37,359 bases of DNA from an uncultured Tissierella sp. (GTDB lineage Bacteria > Bacillota > Clostridia > Tissierellales > Tissierellaceae). Positions 15,646 through 25,088 of this stretch are shown here, in pieces (position 1 is the stretch's first letter; every line of letters starts with the position of its first letter). Both the position numbers and the translations under genes were made by a program. The stretch lies in the NCBI GenBank assembly GCA_964644495.1, contig CAZXWU010000001.1:1-37359 (forward strand), read 5' to 3'. The notes below the pieces were generated by a model. The model saw nothing but the letters and a program-made list of their open reading frames with translations. It ran no database searches and had not been told where the DNA came from.

Positions 15646-18330
15646 ATGGATTGGTATAAGTTGAATAAAGAAGAATTATTATCAGAACTTGATACTGACC
15701 AAGAAATTGGTTTAAAGGCAAGTGAAATCGAATCAAGGCTAGACAAGTACGGCCACAATGAATTAAAAGAAGAAGAAGGTAAAAGCTTTTTAAGTAAATT
15801 AAAGGAACAGTTTACTGATTTTTTAATCCTAATACTTATAGGAGCAGCAATAATTTCCTTTATTGTTGGTGAAAGGACGGATGCAGTTGTAATCTTAGCC
15901 ATAGTATTTATCAATGCCCTATTAGGTTTATATCAGGAGGGCAAAGCAGAAAAAGCTTTGGAAGCATTGAAGCAAATGTCTTCTCCAACTGCTAAGGTTA
16001 TAAGAGATGGACATTTAGAAGTTATACCTTCAAGTACTTTAGTGCCTGGTGATATAGTTGTCTTAGACGCAGGAGATATAATTCCAGCTGATTTAAGACT
16101 AGTAGAATCATCTAATTTGAAGGTTGAAGAGGCTTCCCTAACTGGTGAATCAGTTCCAGTAGACAAAGATTCAAATATCCAATTAAGTGAAGATGTATCA
16201 TTGGGAGATAGAACCAATATGGCCTATATGAGTACTATTGTAACCTATGGCAGGGGTAAAGGTGTAGTAGTAGAAACTGGTCATGGTACTGAAATTGGTA
16301 GAATTGCAACTGCAATCCAATCATATGAAGATGAAGCAACCCCACTGCAAAGACAACTAAACCAACTAGGTAAATTCTTAGGTATCGCTACTATTCTTAT
16401 CTGTATAATAGTATTTGGTGTAGGTTTATTACAGGGAAGAGATCTTCTTCAGATGTTTATGATCTCCATATCCTTGGCTGTAGCTGCTATACCAGAAGGA
16501 CTACCAGCTATTGTCACCATCGTATTGTCCTTAGGTATGAATAAAATGGTCAAAAGACATGCAATAGTAAAGAAACTATTAGCTGTTGAAACACTAGGTT
16601 CTACAACTGTTATATGTTCTGATAAGACTGGCACTTTAACCCAAAATGAGATGACTGTTGTAAAGGTATATACTGATGGTCAGATTATAGATATTACTGG
16701 TGGTGGATATGAGCCAGTAGGTGAATTCAAACAAGATGGTAATTCTATTGACCCAAATTCAATTGGTGATTTAGAAACCTTATTATCCATAGGAATCTTA
16801 GCTAATGATGCTTCTTTAGAAGAAACTGCCGAAGCTTTTAAGGTAATAGGCGATCCTACAGAGGGGGCTTTGGTTACCTTAGCTGGCAAGGCCAATATTG
16901 TTAAAGAGGAAATAAATTCTTCTTACCCTAGAATAGCAGAGATCCCTTTTGATTCAGCTAGAAAGATGATGACAACCTTTCATGAAAATTATATACCTGA
17001 TAGAGTAGTTTCATTTACAAAAGGAGCACCAGATATAATCATAGACCGATGTAGTCATATAAGCATAGATGGCAAGGTTATACCATTTACAGATGAATTA
17101 AGAGATGATGTCCTCTCTATAAACAGTAAATTCTCTAGAGATGCCCTTAGGGTACTAGCTAGTGCATATAGGGAGTATGATAAACTTCCTGAAGATATAT
17201 CATCAGACAAGAATGAAAACAATATGACTTTTGTAGGTCTTACAGGTATGATAGATCCACCTAGACCAGAAGCTAAGGAAGCAATTAAATTATGTAAAAA
17301 AGCTGGTATTGATACTATAATGATTACTGGTGATTATAAAGAAACTGCTTTTGCAATAGCAAGAGATTTGGGAATGGCAGAAGACGAAAGTCAAGCAATG
17401 ATGGGTATGGAATTAGATAAATTAAGTGACACTGAGCTTCAAGAAGTAGTTAAGGATATTAAGATATTTGCTAGAGTGTCCCCTGATCATAAAGTAAGGA
17501 TAGTTTCTGCTTTAAAGGCTAATGACGAAATAGTAGCTATGACAGGAGACGGTGTCAACGATGCCTTGGCTTTGAAGAAGGCAGATATAGGTGTGTCCAT
17601 GGGGATTACTGGTACTGATGTAGCTAAAAACACTGCTGAATTGATCTTAACTGATGACAACTTTGCAAGTATAGTATCTGCTGTTGAAGAGGGTAGAATT
17701 ATATATGATAATATTAGGAAGTTTGTCTTCTTCCTCTTATCTTGTAATATAGGTGAAATTTTGATAGTATTTGTAAGTATACTTATGAATTTACCAGTAC
17801 CTTTTATTGCAATTCAGCTACTATGGTTAAACTTAGTAACAGATAGTTTCCCTGCATTGGCCCTAGGTATGGAAGCTGGGGATCCTGATGTAATGGAAAG
17901 ACAACCTAGAGATGCTAAATCCTCAATATTGGATAAGCCTTTATTAATATCAATTGCTGTACAGAGTATAGCTATAGCAGTATCATCCTTATTAGCATAT
18001 ACAACAGCTTTAAGGCTATATCCTGATAATTTACAAATAGCAAGAACAATTGCCTTTGCTACTTTAATAACTGCTGAATTATTGAGAGCCTATTCAAGTA
18101 GATCACAAAGATATTCCATATTTAAAATTGGTATCTTTAGTAATAAAGCTATGGTAATAGGAACAGGTATCTCCTTCTCATTGATGTTACTAGTACTATA
18201 TGTTCCATTTATGCAGGAAATCTTTCAAACAGTATCAATGGACTTGGTTCATTGGGAAATAGTTCTGTTATTTTCATTTATACCATTAGTAATAGGTGAA
18301 TTATATAAGTTTATAGACAGAAAATTCTAA
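15646..18330 (+). CDS. P2A-type (SERCA/PMR1/YloB-like) cation-transporting ATPase, probably a Ca2+/Mn2+ exporter
   Basis: 'ICSDKTGTLTQNEM', 'TGDGVNDALALKKADIG', and 'IPEGLPA' in TM4. Start moved to the ATG at 15646 after AAGGAGG. The track's TTG start at 15562 lies inside the terminator. Confidence 0.9.
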   Translation: MDWYKLNKEELLSELDTDQEIGLKASEIESRLDKYGHNELKEEEGKSFLSKLKEQFTDFLILILIGAAIISFIVGERTDAVVILAIVFINALLGLYQEGKAEKALEALKQMSSPTAKVIRDGHLEVIPSSTLVPGDIVVLDAGDIIPADLRLVESSNLKVEEASLTGESVPVDKDSNIQLSEDVSLGDRTNMAYMSTIVTYGRGKGVVVETGHGTEIGRIATAIQSYEDEATPLQRQLNQLGKFLGIATILICIIVFGVGLLQGRDLLQMFMISISLAVAAIPEGLPAIVTIVLSLGMNKMVKRHAIVKKLLAVETLGSTTVICSDKTGTLTQNEMTVVKVYTDGQIIDITGGGYEPVGEFKQDGNSIDPNSIGDLETLLSIGILANDASLEETAEAFKVIGDPTEGALVTLAGKANIVKEEINSSYPRIAEIPFDSARKMMTTFHENYIPDRVVSFTKGAPDIIIDRCSHISIDGKVIPFTDELRDDVLSINSKFSRDALRVLASAYREYDKLPEDISSDKNENNMTFVGLTGMIDPPRPEAKEAIKLCKKAGIDTIMITGDYKETAFAIARDLGMAEDESQAMMGMELDKLSDTELQEVVKDIKIFARVSPDHKVRIVSALKANDEIVAMTGDGVNDALALKKADIGVSMGITGTDVAKNTAELILTDDNFASIVSAVEEGRIIYDNIRKFVFFLLSCNIGEILIVFVSILMNLPVPFIAIQLLWLNLVTDSFPALALGMEAGDPDVMERQPRDAKSSILDKPLLISIAVQSIAIAVSSLLAYTTALRLYPDNLQIARTIAFATLITAELLRAYSSRSQRYSIFKIGIFSNKAMVIGTGISFSLMLLVLYVPFMQEIFQTVSMDLVHWEIVLLFSFIPLVIGELYKFIDRKF

Positions 18331-18342
18331 TGGAGGTTGTTA

Positions 18343-18840
18343 ATGCATTTAAATCTATTTAGCAATTTAAACAAAAATATTTCCTTCGCCAGAGTAGAAT
18401 CAGAGATAATAATTCAGCCCAATAATCTAAATCCACAGGGTACAGCTCATGGTGGAGATTTAATGAAGGTAATGGATACAGTGGCTGGTATGACTGGGAG
18501 AAAGCACTCTAAAGGAATGGTCGTCACTGCAAGATTAGATGAAGTAGAGTTTCACAAACCATTGGTAATTGGGGATCAAGTAACTGTGATTGGCCAATTA
18601 ATACATGTGGGCAGATCCTCAATGGAAATACTGGTTCAAATGTATGCTCATGATTTAAATGATTATAATAATCCAGTATTGGCTAGCTCATCATTTGTGA
18701 CAATGATCCATCTTGTTGACTGGAAACCAAGTAAGGTGCCAAAATTATTAGCTGAAACTGAGGAAGAGAAGTTATTATTAAGCTTTGGTGAAAAGAAAAA
18801 CAAGGAAATAAAAGAGAAAATTAAAGCTCAAAAAAAATAG
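18343..18840 (+). CDS. hotdog-fold acyl-CoA thioesterase
   Basis: 'PQGTAHGGDLMKVMDTVAGM...VVTARLDEVEFHKP' is typical of YciA/BFIT-type thioesterases. The ATG lies 6 nt after GGAGG. Confidence 0.8.
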   Translation: MHLNLFSNLNKNISFARVESEIIIQPNNLNPQGTAHGGDLMKVMDTVAGMTGRKHSKGMVVTARLDEVEFHKPLVIGDQVTVIGQLIHVGRSSMEILVQMYAHDLNDYNNPVLASSSFVTMIHLVDWKPSKVPKLLAETEEEKLLLSFGEKKNKEIKEKIKAQKK

Positions 18841-18864
18841 CAACCATCTGGTTGCTATTTTTTA
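18839..18864 (+). terminator. rho-independent terminator after the thioesterase gene
   Basis: The gcaac/gttgc stem (extendable to agcaacca/tggttgct) is followed by tatttttta. Confidence 0.65.
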
Positions 18865-18901
18865 TAGAGAATAGGGGAATTCCGCTTTTTAGTTTGCTTT
18901 T

Positions 18902-19462
18902 TTAGAAGTCTTTTTTATCGACATTGCTATTTAAAAATTCTTCAATATTTAACTCCAAAATGTATCTATCATGCCCTTCCCCATATTCATTCCTTGAATA
19001 ATCTACTGATTTGAATCCAATCTTGTTCCTATATAATCTCATAGCAGGCTTATTATCAGCATCTACAGTAAGACTAATTCTCTTAAATCCTTGTACACCT
19101 AAGTCCTCAGAAATTATTTTGAAAAATTCAAATCCAATTCCCATCCCTTGGAAATCTTCTGAGATTGCATAATCAAAAAGATAAACTTTGTCAACATCCT
19201 CCCAATCCCTCATCAAGATTGCCAAGCCCACTATCTGAAACTTATTTTTTTCAGTTATTGCGTATACATTGCCATGTCTTATCTGTGGTACTAGACTCCA
19301 TTCATCGGAATACATTTCCTCTCCAAAAGCATCAAGTCCAAAATTCACCATCTCATTTAATAGTTTTAGATTGAAGTCTTGTACAGTATAGACAACTAGA
19401 TTGTCTATACCATCAATGTTTCTTACTATACTATGTGGTAGATTCTTGATTTGCTGTAACAT
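18902..19462 (-). CDS. GNAT family N-acetyltransferase
   Basis: 186 aa with the acetyl-CoA binding motif 'DFQGMGIGFEFF' and 'NKPAMRLYRNKIGFK'. Confidence 0.75.
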   Translation of the reverse strand: MLQQIKNLPHSIVRNIDGIDNLVVYTVQDFNLKLLNEMVNFGLDAFGEEMYSDEWSLVPQIRHGNVYAITEKNKFQIVGLAILMRDWEDVDKVYLFDYAISEDFQGMGIGFEFFKIISEDLGVQGFKRISLTVDADNKPAMRLYRNKIGFKSVDYSRNEYGEGHDRYILELNIEEFLNSNVDKKDF

Positions 19463-19629
19463 AAAACGCTCCTTTGTTTTCTAATGTTTATTAATATACC
19501 CAAATTATATAATATAAAAACCTATTTGATTAGCTAATATATTTCTTATTATTAGTATTATCATTAATAATTATATGATTTGACACATATTATTTTTACT
19601 AAGCATATTATAAATCAAGGAAGGTGGTA

Positions 19630-21015
19630 ATGGTGAGAAGAAGTAGATACAATAAACTGTGTCCAATACTAAGTTCAAAGATTATGACTCAGTCAACTGA
19701 AGAGGTACCTGTAATTATTCAATTTAATAAGAATAGGGATAATATCCAAGAAGACTTAATGAAATCAATGAATTTATCAGAATTAAATTTACCTATAATC
19801 GATGGATTTTCAGGTAATCTTTCTACAGACCAAATATATAGCCTATCTAATAATCCAGATATTGCTTATATTAGTTTTGATTCTAAGATATACACATTAT
19901 TAGATATAGCCTCAGAGAGCGTAGAATCTTACTTCCCTCATGATAAGGGTTATGAAGGTGAAGGTATAACCGTAGCTATTATAGATACGGGAGTAGCCCC
20001 TCATAATGATTTAATAAAACCTAAAGATAGAATTATTGGTTTTAAGGATTTAGTAAATGATAGAAACCAACCCTACGATGACAATGGTCACGGTACACAT
20101 GTAGCTGGGATTATAGGAGGAAATGGATATTCTTCAAGAGGCAAGTATCTAGGTATAGCTCCTAAATCAAACATTCTAGCCATAAAGGCTTTAGATAAAA
20201 ATGGTGGAGGATCTACTTCTAAGGCCATTGAAGCTATATCATATATTATTGAGACCAAGGATAGATACAATACGAAAATAATAAATTTATCAATAGGAAC
20301 CCCAGCCAATATTATTTGTGAAAATGACCCCCTATGTAGGGCAGTGAATAAGGCAATAGATGCAGGGATAGTAGTAGTAGCTGCAGCAGGCAATAGTGGC
20401 CCATCCCAAGGGACTATCCTTTCACCTGGCATAAACAAGAATGTAATAACAATAGGTGCAGTAGATGATAAAAGAACAGTGGATACATCTGATGATACTA
20501 TAGCCCCATTTTCAAGTAGAGGGCCTACTCTAGATGGCATTCAAAAGCCAGACTTAGTTGCACCTGGTGTAAGTATAAATTCATTGTCTAATACCAAGCT
20601 AGATAGTTATGTTCCACTTAGCGGGACCTCCATGGCAACCCCTTTGGTTTCAGGATCCATAGCTTTATTATTTAATGAATATCCCAATCTCACTCCACTA
20701 CAAGTTAAAACTATGTTAATAAATTCATGTATAGACTTAAAGGATACTGCTGCCCATCAAGGTGCTGGCCTGCTAAATTTGAGGATGTTGTTTGCTGATA
20801 AAAAAGCTGGTGAGAAGGACCTTTTCAAGCCAAGGGAAAATATGAAAGATAATAGACAAAATAAGAAGATAGACCATAATAAGAAAATCCATAATAAGGA
20901 AAAAATAAAATATAAGGATGTATTAGCAGCTAATACCTCTACTTCAGATAAGGATTTTTTTGAAACTGCTATTATGATATTAGTTGTTGTTCTCTTGCTT
21001 GATTCAAAAATATAA
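19630..21015 (+). CDS. S8 subtilisin-family serine protease with an I9-like propeptide, a Lys-rich linker and a C-terminal hydrophobic tail
   Basis: Triad motifs 'AIIDTGV', 'HGTHVAG' and 'SGTSMATP'. C-terminus 'FFETAIMILVVVLLLDSKI'. The ATG at 19630 follows 'aaggaagg'. Confidence 0.85.
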   Translation: MVRRSRYNKLCPILSSKIMTQSTEEVPVIIQFNKNRDNIQEDLMKSMNLSELNLPIIDGFSGNLSTDQIYSLSNNPDIAYISFDSKIYTLLDIASESVESYFPHDKGYEGEGITVAIIDTGVAPHNDLIKPKDRIIGFKDLVNDRNQPYDDNGHGTHVAGIIGGNGYSSRGKYLGIAPKSNILAIKALDKNGGGSTSKAIEAISYIIETKDRYNTKIINLSIGTPANIICENDPLCRAVNKAIDAGIVVVAAAGNSGPSQGTILSPGINKNVITIGAVDDKRTVDTSDDTIAPFSSRGPTLDGIQKPDLVAPGVSINSLSNTKLDSYVPLSGTSMATPLVSGSIALLFNEYPNLTPLQVKTMLINSCIDLKDTAAHQGAGLLNLRMLFADKKAGEKDLFKPRENMKDNRQNKKIDHNKKIHNKEKIKYKDVLAANTSTSDKDFFETAIMILVVVLLLDSKI

Positions 21016-21038
21016 GAGGGCCTATCATGGCCCTCTTA
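21014..21038. terminator. bidirectional terminator hairpin between the convergent S8 and DUF45 genes
   Basis: aagagggcc / ggccctctt stem with a tatcat loop. The T-run is better on the minus strand (atatttttg). Confidence 0.65.
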
Positions 21039-21082
21039 TTGAATGCAATTCAGGGACGGTTCTCAAATTGCAGAGAAACCTT

Positions 21083-21739
21083 CTATAATGTCAAAAATTG
21101 ACCATATTTCTTCAAATATTCCTGCCTGTCCTTATAATCAGGTAATATACTACCAACAAGCCTCCAGAAGGACCTATCGTGATTCATGTGTTTTAGATGA
21201 CATAGCTCATGTACTACAACATAGTCAATACAATTCATTGGTGCCATAGCTAGCCTATAGTTAAAAGTTAACTTTTTCTCAGAGCTGCAGCTTCCCCATC
21301 TTGATTTTGATTCATCAATTTTATATTCCTTAGGACTAATCCTTAGTTGCTTTTCATATACTTTGATTCTTTCTCCTATAATTCTCTTTAAATTTGAAAT
21401 ATAGAATTTTTTTAGACTTGCCTTCTGGTCCTCTTCATTTAACCCCTCAGTATCTATTAATCTATTTAGAGGATGTTCCTCACCAAGATAAAGAAATTTA
21501 CCTTGGTCATCGTAGCTTCTAGGACTAAATTCAGCCCTAAGGGCTTCAAGCTCCTCTAGCTTGGATTTAAGTTTATTACCCAAGGGTTTTACTGCTTCTA
21601 TTATTCTTTCCTCAGGTGTGTTGTTTGGTGCCTTTATAGTGACAAATCCAGTAGGATCAATACTTATCATCAGCCTTTTGCGTTTACCATATTGAATATT
21701 ACAATCTATTGAAAAATCCTCAAATTCTATCTTTATCAT
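21083..21739 (-). CDS. DUF45/YgjP-like (M48-related) zinc metallopeptidase
   Basis: 'VVHELCHLKHMNH' HExxH motif near the C-terminus. The start is ambiguous (GTG 21748, ATG 21745, ATG 21739); 21739 has the best spacing to AGGTGA. Confidence 0.8.
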   Translation of the reverse strand: MIKIEFEDFSIDCNIQYGKRKRLMISIDPTGFVTIKAPNNTPEERIIEAVKPLGNKLKSKLEELEALRAEFSPRSYDDQGKFLYLGEEHPLNRLIDTEGLNEEDQKASLKKFYISNLKRIIGERIKVYEKQLRISPKEYKIDESKSRWGSCSSEKKLTFNYRLAMAPMNCIDYVVVHELCHLKHMNHDRSFWRLVGSILPDYKDRQEYLKKYGQFLTL

Positions 21740-21873
21740 TTCCATCACCTAGTCAATTAGATTTTACTATTATATATTGATTTCTTGATTAAAATTATAA
21801 ACTATTCCAGTTAAAATATTGTTTTTATTCGGAAATAAGAGTCTAAACTCACGGCCGAAGGCAGGAGTATGTA

Positions 21874-21907
21874 GACAAAATTAGAGACTGTCAAATGACA
21901 GCCTCTA
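21874..21907 (-). terminator. terminator downstream of the M23 peptidase gene
   Basis: On the minus strand, the stem tagaggctgtc/gacagtctcta (one mismatch) is followed by aattttg. Confidence 0.55.
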
Positions 21908-21925
21908 CTATTTATATCTATATAT

Positions 21926-23413
21926 TTATCTTACAAAGTTACTTGGATTTTGATTTACCCCATTTTTAAGTACTTCAAAGTGTAAATGAGGCCCTGTTGA
22001 TCTACCTGAGTTCCCTACATTTGCTATATGTTGCCCTTTGTAAACCTTATCGCCTTTTTTAACATGCAATTTGCTAGCATGTGCGTATCTCGTTTTGTAT
22101 CCATTTCCATGATCTATCTCTACCATATATCCAAAAGAACCCTTATATCCTGAGAAGGATATTGTCCCTGCATCTGCTGATTCTATTTTACTACCATAAC
22201 TAGCTGCTATATCCAATCCATAGTGCATCCTACCCCATCGCTGACCATATCTTGAAGATATACGACCTCTGGTTGGCATCTGGAATGTGCCTGTAGCCAT
22301 AGTCTTAGGAATCTCTTTTGTACCTCTTATCTCAATCTGATCTGTAACATCTGATAGGACTTCTTCCTTGACTACTACTTGATCTACTAGGATACCGTTG
22401 TGTCTTATTTGATTGGCAACTATCTTTGCTTCACCTTTAATGCCTTCTACTTTAACTTTCTTTTGATTTTTATACATTGAGTCATCGTATTCTACTTGGA
22501 TATCATAGTTTATTGGTTCAGTATACTCAGTTTCTTCTACTGTCTCTACAGTTATGACAGATGTAGGTAATAATAGATTAACTTCATCACCTGGTTTTAG
22601 TTTAGTTGGGTCCTTGTCATCATTTGCCAACACCAATTCATCTACTGAAGTTTCATAAATTTTTGCTATAGTCCAAAAGCTCTCCCCTACTTCTACAATA
22701 TGAGTTTTTATCTCTTCTCCACCATCTATTATGTATTCTAATACTTGGTCTTCATCTGACAAAGAATTGATAGAAACTTCCTTTCTAAGAATTTGAACAT
22801 CCTCCACTAGGTTTACTCCATTTAATCTATCCTGGTCTTCTATTTTGTTTAAGTAAGGCTCTTTTAATCTATCTAATAAGCTATTGACTTCTTCTTCAGA
22901 TCTAAATACTGCAATTTCTTGTCCGTCTACATTGATTGCGTATCCAGATACTAGATATCCAACATTTGAATTTATTTCCTTCTTTAGAGAATCCATGTTG
23001 ACTAAATCATTATCCCTAGCGTGAGTTGGCTCAAATGTAAGATCACTATCAAGGACTATATCAACATCATATTTATCACATAAATCTTGTCTAACTTCAT
23101 TGAATACTATTAGAGCTTCTTCCTCTGTACGAATAGCGCCTAGATTTTCTTCACCTAAGTAAACATCAAATGCTCTTGTCCTAACTTCATTGATACTGTA
23201 TCCTGTATAGCCTATACCTATCATTACAACTATCATAAATCCTGCTAATGCTTTTCTCATGATAGGGCTGTTTCTATATGTATTTGGTTGATCACCATTA
23301 TTTATGTTTTTATTTATTATTGTCTGCTTAGTCTTATTAATCGAATCCTTTATTTTGCTCAAGACATCATTTGCTATTTTAGTTACCTCAAGCGATTTCT
23401 TTGGTTGACTCAT
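21926..23413 (-). CDS. membrane-anchored LysM-G5-M23 peptidoglycan endopeptidase
   Basis: TM 'LAGFMIVVMIGIGY'. LysM 'HIVEVGESFWTIAKIYETSVDELVLAN'. G5-like 'KVEGIKGEAKIV...IEIRGTKE'. M23 motifs 'HYGLDIA' and 'GPHLHFEV'. The ATG at 23413 has better RBS spacing than 23422. Confidence 0.85.
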   Translation of the reverse strand: MSQPKKSLEVTKIANDVLSKIKDSINKTKQTIINKNINNGDQPNTYRNSPIMRKALAGFMIVVMIGIGYTGYSINEVRTRAFDVYLGEENLGAIRTEEEALIVFNEVRQDLCDKYDVDIVLDSDLTFEPTHARDNDLVNMDSLKKEINSNVGYLVSGYAINVDGQEIAVFRSEEEVNSLLDRLKEPYLNKIEDQDRLNGVNLVEDVQILRKEVSINSLSDEDQVLEYIIDGGEEIKTHIVEVGESFWTIAKIYETSVDELVLANDDKDPTKLKPGDEVNLLLPTSVITVETVEETEYTEPINYDIQVEYDDSMYKNQKKVKVEGIKGEAKIVANQIRHNGILVDQVVVKEEVLSDVTDQIEIRGTKEIPKTMATGTFQMPTRGRISSRYGQRWGRMHYGLDIAASYGSKIESADAGTISFSGYKGSFGYMVEIDHGNGYKTRYAHASKLHVKKGDKVYKGQHIANVGNSGRSTGPHLHFEVLKNGVNQNPSNFVR

Positions 23414-23454
23414 ATATTGCATACCTCCTAGATTAACCTATCTATAGGTTTTTT

Positions 23455-23471
23455 TGTAACCTTTTTGTAAC
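23455..23471 (+). promoter_or_regulatory. consensus WalR box (TGTAAC-N5-TGTAAC) in the M23 peptidase leader/promoter region
   Basis: TGTAACcttttTGTAAC on the plus strand, 42-58 nt upstream of the M23 start codon and immediately downstream of the candidate -10. Confidence 0.55.
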
Positions 23472-23478
23472 AATTTTA

Positions 23479-23506
23479 ATTATATCATAGCAAAAATATT
23501 TTACAA
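23479..23506 (-). promoter_or_regulatory. candidate sigmaA promoter of the M23 peptidase gene
   Basis: On the minus strand, TTGTAA (23501-23506), a 16-nt spacer, then TATAAT (23479-23484). Confidence 0.5.
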
Positions 23507-23670
23507 CAATTAGATAATTCTTTTATTTTATATGTTTTACTATCATACATCATATAATTCTGTAATAGTCTATTATTTCAGAGTCTCAGCAATTTGAAAT
23601 CTTAAAATTATTCTTATAATCAAATGTTAAGTTTTTGTAATAATTGTTTGATTTTATTTTTGGATGTTAG

Positions 23671-24543
23671 TTAGTTGATTATTGATATTTTTTTATCACT
23701 AAGTTTAAAGCTTATTTCGTTTCCTTCTTCCAATACCTCTCCATCAATATTTAATAGTGTTGGAGACTGATTAATTATCTTAATATTTTTGGCCTTGTAT
23801 ATTTCAATGTATTTCTTATATTTTAAATGTCGCCCCTTAAATATTAGTGGAAATAAGGTTAATGCTTTCAAATTACTTATATCCTTTACCAAACAAACAT
23901 GTAGAAAATCATCATATGGGTTGGCATTAGGCATGATCATCATACCTCCACCATAGTATTTACCATTACCAACTGCTAATAACAATAAATTCTTATGGTG
24001 TATTTGCCCATCTATTTCTATAGTTACTTGATTTTTTTTAAATTTCAATAATGTATAGATTACTGCCAATATATATGCAAGTTCTCCTTTTACCCTTTTT
24101 CTTATGATTTCGTTATTTGTAAGCACAGCAACATCGAAGCCCACACTTGAAATATTTAAGAAATTATGGCCGTTAGAGTCCCCCATTCCTATCTTACAAA
24201 TTTTTCCATCTAATAGTCTCTCTATGGCCTCTTTTGGGTCTTGTGGTATATTTAGGCTCCTACTCAAATCATTTCCAGTTCCAGCGGGAATTATTCCCAA
24301 GACCAAATCTTGTCTATCAATTAAACCAGCTGAAACTTCATTGACAGTACCATCTCCACCAACTGCTACTACTACATCATATTCATAAGTAGATGCAATA
24401 TATGTTGCTTCCCTAGGCCTTGTGGTGAATACTATCTCATAGTTTAATAGATTATAATTCATTGTTTCTTCGATTAGGTCTTTGACTGCCCTTGCTTTTC
24501 CACTTCCGGCAACTGGGTTTATGATAAATAGATATCTTTTCAT
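23671..24543 (-). CDS. DagK/YegS-family lipid (diacylglycerol) kinase
   Basis: 'MKRYLFIINPVAGSGKA' and 'VVAVGGDGTVNEV'; 290 aa. Confidence 0.85.
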   Translation of the reverse strand: MKRYLFIINPVAGSGKARAVKDLIEETMNYNLLNYEIVFTTRPREATYIASTYEYDVVVAVGGDGTVNEVSAGLIDRQDLVLGIIPAGTGNDLSRSLNIPQDPKEAIERLLDGKICKIGMGDSNGHNFLNISSVGFDVAVLTNNEIIRKRVKGELAYILAVIYTLLKFKKNQVTIEIDGQIHHKNLLLLAVGNGKYYGGGMMIMPNANPYDDFLHVCLVKDISNLKALTLFPLIFKGRHLKYKKYIEIYKAKNIKIINQSPTLLNIDGEVLEEGNEISFKLSDKKISIIN

Positions 24544-24560
24544 TTGTCTTATATGCCCTC

Positions 24561-25076
24561 CTAGATATTGTAACTATATTCACCTTTGATGGCCCTATCT
24601 ATTACTATTAATTCTTCTGCTGAAAGTGGTATATTGCTTGTCCCATTTTTAATAGGTTTACCATAGGAAACCGTATTTTCTCTACCATATATACTGGAAA
24701 GAACAAATCCATTCTTAAAATCATCTAGTAAGGCTATGGAAAAACTTAGCTGACTACCCATATCATCAAATGCATTATATCTTATAAATCCTACTCTTTT
24801 TATGGCAAAGGAAAGTTTAGTCTCTATTCCATTTATATTATCTTCTATAAGATTTATGTCTCTATTTAGACTTCCTATTTCTTTATTTATATTGATTAGT
24901 AAATCTTCAATATTAATTTTATCTATTCCTTTGACTAAACAATCATATTTTTTAGCTAGTTTATTTGTTTTATATTGTGTAATAAGAATAAATAGAACCA
25001 ATAAAACCACAGCTAAAGACAATCCAATAATGATTTCTATATAATAATTAGATACAATCGACTTTATACTTTCCAT
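24561..25076 (-). CDS. DUF4446 family membrane protein
   Basis: 171 aa with one N-terminal TM helix and the C-terminal 'VGFIRYNAFDDMGSQLSFSIALLD' block typical of DUF4446. Commonly found near parB in Clostridia. Confidence 0.6.
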   Translation of the reverse strand: MESIKSIVSNYYIEIIIGLSLAVVLLVLFILITQYKTNKLAKKYDCLVKGIDKINIEDLLININKEIGSLNRDINLIEDNINGIETKLSFAIKRVGFIRYNAFDDMGSQLSFSIALLDDFKNGFVLSSIYGRENTVSYGKPIKNGTSNIPLSAEELIVIDRAIKGEYSYNI

Positions 25077-25088
25077 ATGTCCACCTTC

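Noticed and set aside
21841-21876. A locally GC-rich imperfect hairpin (gtctaaactcacggccgaaggcaggagtatgtagac) that might be a small structured RNA or riboswitch upstream of the DUF45 peptidase gene
   Set aside because: It is too short and matches no riboswitch class I recognise. On the minus strand it follows the M23 terminator and is itself followed by a T-rich tract, so a second tandem terminator is the simplest reading.
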